This document shows positions 1-12,000 of a DNA stretch of 64,000 nucleotides, in pieces. Every line of letters starts with the position of its first letter. The stretch's first letter is position 1. The position numbers and the translations under genes were made by a program. The notes below the pieces were generated by a model. The model ran no database searches. It had not been told where the DNA came from and saw nothing but the letters and a program-made list of their open reading frames with translations. Source of the stretch: Ascidiella aspersa (taxonomy: Eukaryota); NCBI GenBank assembly GCA_963924565.1, contig OZ004613.1:28086001-28150000 (forward strand), read 5' to 3'.

Positions 1-49
1 TGTCGCTACAAGTGTTGCAGTAGATTTGGCCGCAGTTTCTGCAGTGGTG
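1..49 (-). CDS. RUFY: RUFY exon, FYVE core ([16 protein letters not shown]), truncated by window edge
   Basis: Acceptor tttgcag at 50; completes the FYVE signature RRK|HHCR. Confidence 0.93.
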
Positions 50-3000
50 CTGCAAAGTACAGGGATGATACGTAGAGTTAGTACGATACGTTTGTTCGAT
101 TATTAGTAGATATGTAACTATTCAGTGGGCCACCCAATGTTGTAAACAGGTCATTTTAAAAACACTTAAGTCCTAGTTAAGTCATTTGTGAAATAAGGTA
201 AGTCGTACTCAAGTGTTTAAAAAAAATAACAATTCCAGTCAAGTCACTTTTAGAACAACCCAACTCCAAGTCAAATCACTGATAAAAAAAACAAAGCGAT
301 AATACAATTTGTCCGATTATGAGAAATAACTCACAAAAAAATCTACACAGAGCAGAGCAAATTGTTTTACGTGAAGAAAATATGATAAAAAGCTCAAGGT
401 TATATTAAAATGTTTATGAAAAACATTTAATTTCAATTCAAATCCAAGTCAAGACCAAAAATACCTAATTGAACTCAAGTCATTTTACCGAAAATACTTT
501 AGTCAAGTCAACTAATTTAACAACAGTGCGCTTAAGTCAAGTCACAACAATGGCGCGACCCAGCCGAAGCAAACGGCGACATGATTTAGGGTCACGACCC
601 AAAGGTTGAGAAGTACTGTTATATACACGCACAAGATAAAGGTGTTTTTGCTGCGGACAAAATAACTATTTGCACACGAGTACTGCAATGCCTCGTATAC
701 TGATAATGGTTAAACCCTCTAAACTAGCGGGTCTATGTTCATTATTTTAACCTCCTCGATATTTATGTTCAGACTGCAACCCGCGTCCTTTTTTACTAAT
801 AAAAAATAAATCACGTGGGCATAACAAAACCGATCACAGCAAAAGTCATCTTCGGAGCATAACAGTTGGAGGTTGTAGTAAGAATATCAAATCCCAGACA
901 GAAGTAGGTAGCGTTTTAAACGTTTCGAATAAATTTTAAGAGAATGGTTGGAGGTTGAAGCAAGACGTAGTAATATAAAATAGAAGTAGGCATGATTTTA
1001 GCATTTCAAATATCTCTTTATTCATTTTTAACAGAAAATGTAATCGTTTTACGTCTGGAAATAGTCTTACCTTTCTCCGCGATAGGTTGAAGGGCTTCTC
1101 GCATTGAGCGCACGATTTGACCTCCTTGTCACTTTCCCAAACACTCCCGGAAACAACTTTGTGGACTTCCTTCAGGTCTCCAAGATCCTGCTTCGACCTT
1201 GGTTAGAAATATAATTGAGCATCGGTCAACATCACAACATACATTAGATGTGGATATTGAAAAAAAAACAGCATGAAAGTCGGGTTTATAAGCTTCGACA
1301 ATACAAAGTTAGAAACGTTTTTTTGTGTAGTTATACTTTGCGTGGTGTTGAGCGGGTAATGTACGTAGTTTGAGGAAATAAGTAAGTTTCGGAACAGCTT
1401 CTTTTTACTAAAGTTAGAAACACTTGTATCTAGAACGATGTATCTATAATATCATTTAACAAAAAAGAGCAAACGATGTCTGGAAAGTGTAGACTGCTTT
1501 AAAATGGATGATAACTATTTCGGGCAGTCACCTCACCGGAAACGTTTAACAGACTAAACGAATTAGTCGATTAATTATGCAAGCCAGGGTTAGTATGAAC
1601 TTCAGCACGAACAGGATACAGCAGTCGGCGGTGGCCGCGGTGCTATGCTTGTTTGTCAACAATTTTCAAACACACAGGGTTGCCACACATTGTTATGAAA
1701 AAAAGAAACGATTTTCTTTAAAAGAATTGAAAAATAAAACAGTATAAATACCACGGTCAACAGAATAAAACAATAGTTCAAAATTTTATTTTTAACCGCA
1801 GTAACAGCTGCACACAACACAAATTGAAAGACTAAGGGTTTTTTCAATTCGATTTTCAACAAACAAAATCAATTCAAAGTCTTTAAAAGATTCAAAAACT
1901 TAGTGGCAATCCTGGCGACGGCCCCGGTATGGCCCCGGTATGGCCCCGGTCGTTTGTTTTACTTTACCGCAGACTAGTTTTTCTAGCCTTGCCTTATTTG
2001 CAAAAAAAAACTTTAATAACCGACTAAACTGTTACGGTGTGCAAACGCCTTTTTTACAACAAAAGTCGTTATACGATGAAGTCGACCTACTTTCCGAGGT
2101 GGTTTGCGAGATCAGTGATGGTCATCTCCTGCTCGTGACAAGTCTCACGAAGATCATCCCGACTGACCTTCACCTGATGCAGCTCCTCCTGGAGGGCGTC
2201 CATGAGAGCCACCTTCTCCTCCAGGAGTGTGATGTCCTGCTTCATCTTCTCAACTTGAGACTCCAGAGCTTGCCTCCACTCTCGCTCTATCTGGAGATTG
2301 GTAAGGAGGACTCCTCTGAAGAAGAAGAAGATTTTGTTGACGCGGTGTTTGACAATTGCACTAAGGTTGCAGTTGGAATTGTACTTTAGTTTAGAGTCGA
2401 TTTTATCGAATATAATGGCTTTAATATTTTTATTGAAATTACTTTAGTTTATAATATAGGAAACTTTGCTAGAGTTGGGTTTACATTTTGTTATAAAATA
2501 TAGCAGAATTGGTTGGAGTTGGAAGAATAGATGAAGGAATGCTTTGAAGAACAAGGTTTTTTTAATAGGGGAACTTTACAATTGCACTAATTTCTTACCA
2601 ACGAAGAACTGATTGCAGTTGGAAATGTACTTTGGTTTAAAATGTAGGATGGTTTGTTCGAGTTGGAATTATATTTTTGATAAAAAAGTAGAAGAATTGG
2701 CTGAAGTTGGGTTTATATTTTGGTTTAAAAATTATAAGTTTTGGTTGAAGTTTGAGCTCACTCTTGTTTTTTATGCGGGATTTGGTTATAGTTATCACCA
2801 AAATAGAAAGCGGTTCATAGTGAGTGAGACTTTTCGTTTAGTTTTAAATTAACGAGCTGAAGATTGATTTTGATTTTACCTTAAACAAATTCGGTTATTT
2901 CAACTTCAAAAATAAATTGCTTAATGTTGGATTTAGCTTTCTGTTAAAAACATAAAAGATTTATTGGATTTGGATTTGTCTTTTGGTCTAAAGTACAGCA

Positions 3001-6000
3001 CTGGTTGCAATTCATTTAAAATACAAATCTGCTTTTTTCAATTAAAACCGACAAAAAGAGCAGTAGATTTAAGATACAGATATTCATTCTTTAAACGACT
3101 TAAAAACAGGTTGTACTTCACCTTTTCTTTTCATTGTCGTCCAGCTGCTGATTGTAGCGGTCCGCCTGTTCCCTGGCAACACTCGTTTGTCGTTTTGATT
3201 CGTCCAACCTGGGAAGCGAAAGGAGGGGATAAGAAAAAAAACAAAAAAAAACGACAGCAACGAAATTGAGAGGAGAGTCGGTGAAAGAAAGGGTTTGAAA
3301 GATAAATCAAAATGAAAGAAGGGGTAACTTTTGGACTGCTTTTGAACATGAAAATGCATTAGGTCTAACTGTTGTACTAAGTAGTGGTGATAAAGATCAC
3401 AGATCTTTTAAATATTTCCATCAACAATCGACTTTCATTCCATCTTTTTCTCATTAGCACTGCTCAAAAAAAGTGAATTACATCCAATTTAAGTACCTAT
3501 CAAAATACAAAATTTAACATGAAATATTTCGTTAATCAACTTGGGTTGATCAACACACATCAGATTAAATCTTCCAATATTTTTTACAGGAGCCTGCATT
3601 TCTTACTGCTATTTCAATTTATTATACCAAATAAATGCTTAACAACTTTACACCGAAACACGAAGTTCAGCTATTTACATCAAACATATAAAGTTTTAAC
3701 AGCTTTCAATTTGTACTATTATATCGAGAAGCAAAACACGACGTTTTCAAAAGTTTAACTCTTTTTTTAACTTATTTTTAAATTTCTATAACATACTCCA
3801 ACTCTTCCAATAAAGACATACTCTAAAAAAGCTACCTACTTACTAAAACCTCCAATCATTAATATACTCCAATGTTTCAAAAGTCCGCAAAACTTCTTAG
3901 CAAAAGAATATTTTATTGCTTTACCTTGGAAATAGAGTTTCCGTACAACACGGGGCCACGTACGACAATAAAGGGTTAAGGTTGTTAGCAGAAGATACAA
4001 AGTGGTAGAGAGCAGTGTAGCACCAGCTATAAGGGAAGAATAAAGAGCGACCACGACCAAACAACGATTGCACAGTGTCACCAGGCAATAAAACAATACA
4101 ACGCGGCAGTTCTTAAGCAACTTAACTTAAAAAAGTCAATATTTAGACAGCTATATATCGCCGTAACTGCAAAACACGGATTTTTTTAATTGTGAAATTG
4201 TTCTTCAGGCAATGTTGCCCTGATAAAGCTTTACTGAATAGGTTATCGAAACGTCGGTACATTTAATACAATATTTCTGGGAAGAACAACTTTACAATTG
4301 ATAATTACTGGCAGCAACAGTATATTCATCGGATTTTTTGTGGACAAAATTATTTTTTTTGCGTTTTTTTAAGCTATCTTGGTGGTTATGGTAAGCGAAT
4401 GTGGGTAAAATTGACAACACGAAAAAAATGTAACCGATTAAAACATTCACTTACAAAGCGAAGGCTGGCGTTGAATCTAAATTAAAAAAATAACACAAAA
4501 ACCTTTCTTATTCAAAAGCCTCATCGTATGATTTTCTGAAGTTAAGACTAAAATAAACTTCCTCAAAATAAATGAATAATAAAATAGCTTGAGAAGCGAA
4601 CCGCTCCGAACAAAAATCACTCAGCAAAGGTCTAAAACTTTTAATACAAATCTGCATTTCGCCATATAAATGGCATCATCAGTTTGTCCGTACAAATAAA
4701 TAGTAAAAAATTAAAATATTAAAATGTAAAAATAATGTTTACATTTTAATATTTTAATTTTTTACTATTTTAATTTTAATTTTTAGTTTTTTACTATTTA
4801 TTTGTACAGACAAACTGATGATGCCATTTATATGGCGAAATGCATATTTGTATTAAAAGTTTTAGACCTTTGCTGACTGATTTTTGTTCGGAGCGGTGCG
4901 CTTCTCAAGCTTTTATTAATAAATTTTAGAACTTTTATCGTCGGCATTATGTGTTCTGTTGGATGGCAAGATCCTGTTGTGGATACACATACTAAGCTAA
5001 TAAATGAATACATGTTTTTTTGTCTTAGGTTATTCTTTAAACTGTCTAGTCTATCGCCATTTAAGTAAAACGCGCTAGATCCAAACAAGGTCCATCCTGC
5101 TTTGCTCAACCTTGGCTTCCTGAAATCTGTTTCTGTTTGTGTGTTTTTATTTTAACAGATAAAAAGTTTTTTTTTGAGAGGGGGGGGGGGTTAAAAGAAG
5201 GGAAATAAATTAAACAAAATAGGAGCAAAACAAAATTAGAAAGGGAATAGGAGAAATAGAAAATCATGCGGATTATAATTATGTTATAACAGGAATTAGT
5301 AGTATACGAGATGATAGAATTAAATTCGAGTTAAATATGATTCCATATGTATATTGTTAATTAATTGTTTATGAACACTGCAAATTAATGGTGGACATTA
5401 TAAGATTACAAAAATAATTAATTAAACTTGGAACCAATTAATTAGACATAAATAAACAACCAATAGCTTAGTGTTTGTATATTCAATATGTCAATGATAG
5501 TTTAATGAGAGTTAGTAGTTTTTTCATAAGGACTTAGTTTCTAAATTGACGATTTGCCGTAATAATATCGGCAGTTTGTAAAAATTAAAAACTTTTTCAT
5601 TTTGCTTCATATTCAAACAACAAAAAGTCTGCCGTAGCATACAAAACTAAACAAATAATTAAAAAATGGAAACTGATAATTTAAAATGGTTAGTTAATTT
5701 GCCTAATCTACTTACTGTTCCTGCATTCTTGTAATCTGTTGAGCCAGTTCTTTGGTGTCTTCTTCGAATTTCCCAATAGTCTTGTTTTTCTGCTCTTCGA
5801 TTTCAGTTTTGGCCTAAAAAATGTCATTCCTTTTTAACACAGTCTTATGTCATACAGTTTGACTTTGGTTAACTTGAAAACTTCACCTGTTGGTTATATC
5901 GCCTTAAGAATACAAAATATAACTCTTTTCTCTATGGAAGTTAACATAGTTTTTTTGAAATGCTAAAATTTATTTTAAAATGCAATAACAATCTCAATTT

Positions 6001-9000
6001 TTTTTTTAGTTTAAACTCTACCTAAAAAGTGCACACAACTTTAAGATTAAAATTTCATTGAAGAAGCAATTTAATTTATTTTTAGGTAGGGCAAATGAAT
6101 ATTTTATAGCTGCAGCTCAACAAATTAAAAAAATGGCACCAGCTCCAGATTCACAAGCGTAATAAAAAATTACCCTGGCTTTTGAATTTATTGTATTTTG
6201 CCAGAAAAACATATATTCCTTGTAATGTGAAAAAATCGTTTCGCAACTCTGACTGGATTTTCGAAATGTATAAAGCAGTTGTGTTACCTGCAGCTTCTTG
6301 TAGATGTCCATGTTGATTGCCTTTACGTTATCGAGTTGTTCCCTTAATGTAATGAGCCCGTCTTGCTTGTCGTAAATGTCCTTCTCGAGCAAACGCATCG
6401 CAACTTCGAGCTCGTTCTTTAACGACATCTGAAGCTCCAGTTCTTTCTCAACATCCTGAAACAAAAAACGATCTTTAACCTCGAATACTTACAATGAAAG
6501 ACACACACATTAGGAAGCTGCTTTTTGACCCGATTCCGTTTTACGTATGATTAGTACATCGAAAAGCCATCGCAGATTCACCGAATCTGTCGATCAATGA
6601 TACAAGCAAGGCAGGCTAGAAAAACAAACTAGCCTGCAGTGAGGTTCGAACGCAGGACCTCCGGTCACACCGGGACCGTAGCTCTACCAACTGAGCTATA
6701 CGTGGGCTCAGAGGGGAGCAAGTCGAAAAACAATCATACGCTAATGCTTACACTCTGTGTGTACAGGCCTATATGAGCTCAGTTGGTAAAGCGACGGTCC
6801 CGGTATGACCGGAGGCCTTGAGTTCGAATCTCACTGCAGGATCACACGCCCTTGGGAAAACGTGACTACTCTTCTGCCGTCTGAGTTGTCATACATGTAG
6901 GGTGAGATTTTAAACCTGTTCATAAAATGTAAATATATTACTGTTGAATATTTGGAAGCGTAGTGCAATATATAAAAGGGGAGGTAAAATTGGGCTTAAA
7001 ACGTAATTTCGTTTAAATGACCAGGCAATTTTAGTTGCTTGCGAAATTTCAAATAGCCTGCCAACTTAAAAATTGCTTGCTAAGTTTAAGAAAATTGTCT
7101 TCCAACTTTCAAATTGTCGAATTCTTGTCAGCTCAGCGATGCTTTTTAATAAGGGGTAGTGTTTATCTTACTTTACATACCATTCTCATGTTGGTTTCGT
7201 TACGCAGTTGCTTCTGTATCTGTGTGTACATTTCGTCCAGCTCGGCTCTAGAAGTGCGTAGAGTGAGACGCTCAGTGTCCAAGTCCTTTTCGCGATCCTT
7301 TGAAAGAAAAGTGTTGACATACAAGGTTGGACCACATTTAGTGAAATTTGGGGCATAATGGTTGGAGGTTTTAGTACAGGGGTCGGCAACCCCTGACACG
7401 CGTGCCATTTGTGGCACGCGAGATGATTTTTGCTGGCACGCCAATTGATTTAACGCGCACGTAAAGTGCAACCATTGCACTATCACGTCATTAACTTTAT
7501 ATATATAAACACTAACCCTAGCGCTAACGAAATGGTTGCACACAGTCCGTGTCACAAATTAGTGTCTTAACTGTTGAATTTAACATTATTTTTGTGGCCG
7601 TTAAACTTGTTGGTTACGAACAACCGTTCGCATTACGTCCCAATGCCTTAAAATTGGCGTGATGTTTACTGCGTTAATTCTACATTTAAAGTAAGCACGT
7701 GATTTTTTGCGAGACTGAGAAAACAAACTAGCGAAACTGATAGTTAACACTTCCAGGTAAGTATATTTCAAAACCAAAATAAGTATTGTGCTCGTTACAG
7801 TTCGTTTTGTTTCAGCAGGGTTAGGTTATTTTTATAGAATTTAACTTATGAAATGAAATTTATTGGCGTCACCCGAGATACGTAGATGTCAGATCATTTG
7901 TAAATTAGCAGATCACAGGAGAGCTGCGGATTCGGACTCAGAATTCATGTAAGACTAGGTAAAAGGTAAAACTACCGTCCGACGTGTGCGCATGCGCAAT
8001 ACCAAATTTTGAAAGTGATAAGGCAGTAAGTTGTTAATATTTTGAAATTATTCATAAACTGGCACACTGCATACGAAAGGTTGCCGACCTCTGTTGTAGT
8101 AGGACGTAATAAGAATATCAAGGCCCGTGCAGAATTAGGTATCATTTTGAATGTTTTAAATGTTAGTCAAAAAACAAAACAGTGTAATTGTCAAGGTCGA
8201 CCAATAACAATAGTTTAAACAAAATGTTTTACAAAACATAACTTAAGTTGCACATAAGATAAATTCAAAGACTTTTGGAAGACATGTTTTTTTTTACTCT
8301 GTGACAAGCGTGAATAATAAAGTGTATTATTAATAGTTTCGGACCAGTCCTGTATGAGAAAGTCAAAGCAAGCAATGGTTTTTCCGTTTCATTAGTAACG
8401 TTTTGACGCAAATAAGTTTCCTGCTTGCTGTCCAGTGTCCAAAATGAATTATTAAATCCATTAAAACAAAATCAAGTGTATTCACTAGCACTTACAGAAA
8501 TTGCAAACATTACAGTGAAAAATCTCACAAAAATTATCTTGACAAAAAAATGTGTCAAAAAAAATTGAAAACCCTAGTCTACGTAAAACATAAAAGCGCG
8601 CACAAAAAAAACAAACAAAAAACAGAAACAAGACTAATTCCAAAGTACCAACTTCTATGGTTTTCTGGTGAAAAGCAGCCATGTCTTGTTTCTCATTGAT
8701 CATTCGCTGCTTGTCCATTTTGGTTTCTTCGAGTTGAATCTTAACAGCGCTCAGCTCCATCTTAATCGTGTGATTCTCATCTTCCAAAAACTCAACTCGC
8801 TTCTGGAGTTCCGCAGAAGACGTCTCTAAATGCCTTGAAGCAAATTCGCATGACATTAACAACAGAACACGTAATATCCAGGTTCCGCAAACCGTTTTAT
8901 GAAACAATTTTTTCTAGCTATTTTTAGTCGACAATAGCATTTATTTTATTTTATTTTTTTTTATTATTATTTTTTTTTATAGCATAATGGTTGGAGGTTG

Positions 9001-12000
9001 TTGTAACACGTAGTAAGAATATCAAAGCCCATACAGAAGTGGGTATCATTTTGTTCCCGTTTTTAATCACTCTTTATTAATTTCAATATAGCCTATACTT
9101 ATGTATGGGCTTTGATATTCTTACTACGTCCTACTACAACCTCCAGCCATTATTCTAGAAAACTATGAACGCCATTTTCAACTAGAAAAATAGCTAAAAA
9201 AACGTTTCACAACGGCATTTTCTAAACATATAACTTAACTGGACATAAAATAAAATTTAATATTAAGGGAAAACATTGAATTTTTCAAAGACAATGCAAT
9301 AAAAAGTGCCTATAAGGAGAAAACTTGTACAAGATTATCGGATCACGAGTTATCCAGGTTTGACAAACACTTTTGTGAAAATAATTCGAAGACATTCAAA
9401 ACTTGTAAAAGACCTAAATAAGAAACGACGTATTGTTGAAAAACAAAAACGAAACACCATAAATGCCCTAAGAATATCGAATTCCATAGAAAAGTAGGTA
9501 TTATTTTGAACGTTTCCAACAACTCTTTATTCATTTTCAACATAGTCTATGCTTCTGTTCTTACTACAACCTCCAGCCATTATGCTCTAAAACTATGAAT
9601 TCCATTGCCAACTAAAATATTGTTTTCCAGCGGCATTTCTAAACATATAACTAACTGGACATCAAATAAACATTAAAATTAAGGAAAGACATTAAAATAA
9701 TTTTCAAAGAAAATAAAAAGTTTTTCAAAGACCTAAATATGGATCGCTTTACGTAATTCGAATAACATCCAACACAATAAACAAATACTAAAAAAGCTTT
9801 TTCAATACGCAATTTAATTTAAAGACATTCAGGTTTTTAAAAAAGTAAAAGACTTTGTACCAACCCTTTTATTGTATTTAAGCAGGTAAAAATTTAATTT
9901 TAACAGTTTATTGAACCTGTTTCGTTCTTCCAGGTAGTTTTTCTGGTCGAGAAGTTTCTTCATCGCGCTTTCGTTTTCGTCGTCCTGAAGTGAATCTCCA
10001 GCGGTTGAAAAAGTACGGTTTGCGTCCTTCATGTACATGCTGTAGTCGATTACAGTTACCTGAAATGTAAATAAATGAAAATAAATAAATCGCAATAACT
10101 AATAAATCGCAAAAATATATAAAAATAGGCACAAATTGAACATATTTGGGCAAAATAAAGATTAAAAGGCTGGCCTGGAATTTTAAAAGCAGAAAAAAAA
10201 TTAAGAATTAGAAGTTTTGCTTAAAGATTTCTTTTTTAGGATAGTTAAAATGGCTATGTTTAAATTAGATATAGTGCCATCCAGTCATCTAGTTTCAAAT
10301 AAATAATGTTAAACTTTGGACCAGTTGTAAATGACTTGGAAGATTACTTCTTATCCATTTTGATTTAAACCCCGAAATGTTTAAAGTAAGTTTGTTTCTA
10401 CTGTTTGTGTGCTCAGAACGAGCTCAGTTAACTTAAGACTGATATTCTTTTAATATTGCCAGATAACAGCAACAAATGGCAACTTTTAAAACGACGACGA
10501 AGCAGCTATAAGTTACTAGATTTGTAAATTGTAATTTAAGCAAAATGTAACACAGCTTTTACAAAACATTTGCAATAAATAGGTACATCTTTATTTACAC
10601 AGTTCACATATAGATGCAAATAAATATATAAGTTTCAGCCATGAATTGTTATTCAACGCACACATTTCTTCTTTGAAAGGCAAATCAAAAAATATAATAG
10701 GTTCACAGCTGCATGTAAAAAAACTTATTACAAAAAGCTTAAGTAATATTTTTCCTAATAACCTATAAAATAGAGTTTTTAAGCTTTAAATTTCATTCAT
10801 TTGCTTATTTGAACATAGTTAATGACGTTTAGTTGGATCTAAACGCGATATTCTTCGTCTAAAATACCAGTTTTGGTTTGAAAATAAAATGTAAAGTACC
10901 GACATCGCTAATTACTACATGAAAGTGTAAAATTGTTCATCCGCAAACTTTTATTAGAGTGCCAACGTTTCGATTATTATCTATTCGGCAATATTTAGAT
11001 TTAGAACGTGGTGTATTGTTGTTTTACCTTTATTGTTTGTCTAGTGTAGATATACATTTTTTCGCCTATAGTTTCAACTATATTGTCCTAAAGAAGATTG
11101 CCCCAATAGGTGGTCGAAACGTTGGCACTTCAATAAAATTTTGCCGGAAGAACAATTTTGCAATTAAAACAATGCCTGACAGCAACATCATATTCATCAA
11201 AGTGTAAAAACCTGATTGTCAAGGTCATCTCCTTTCATGCAGAGATTAGCGTCGATGCAGTTAAGTCCGACCAAGTGACCAGCAAGTACAGTAGCTTCAT
11301 CATTCATCAATAATGCACCGTCATCGTACCATTCGCTGCAACGACAATGACCAGTGTTTATGACCAACGACTTAACTAGTTTGAGGAAAACAACTTTTTT
11401 CCTTGAGTAATTATCAAAATGAGTTAGTTTATGTCTTGAGTAAATATGACAAATCACTTAAAATTGATTTAGTTGATTTGGACAAATGACTTAACTCATT
11501 TCATTTAAATAAAAAGAATTAACTTAAATCATTTGGACAAATCAGCTGATTTGACTTGAGTAATTTTGGACAAGTGACTTGATTTTATTCAAGCCATTTC
11601 AAAATGACTTGACTTAGGTCATTTGGGCAATTGACCTGAATAGATTTAAGTCTTTAAGTAGACATTAATTTCAAGTCTTTTAAGTGCTTGTACCACTCGA
11701 TGTACACAGTGAACGTATTTTTGTTTTGGAAGTTAGTGTACGTGTTAGTTACTTTGGTTTTATAGACGAAATACTGTGGAAATCAATATAAAAACAAAAA
11801 TAAGGGTATGCTAACAACTATGTAAGTAATATCAAACGGTGCTCTTTAATAAATTTCAACACTAGACTAGAACATTATTTTGGTTTGGGTATTATGAAAC
11901 TATGCCCTGCAATGGTATATCAAGAATGGGTAAACCAGTTTATTACGGGGCAATAAAAATACCATATATATTTTGTGAATAAGGTTGTATAATCTGGATA

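Noticed and set aside
1940-2389. 149-aa plus-strand ORF
   Set aside because: Antisense shadow of RUFY exon 2315-2091.
3836-4120. 94-aa hydrophobic ORF or LINE remnant
   Set aside because: Different frame from the splice-compatible cassette exon; the RTE-like resemblance on the plus strand is too weak.
6633-6840. tRNA genes
   Set aside because: A and B boxes are present, but there is no proper acceptor or anticodon stem and many diverged copies exist; SINE-like instead.
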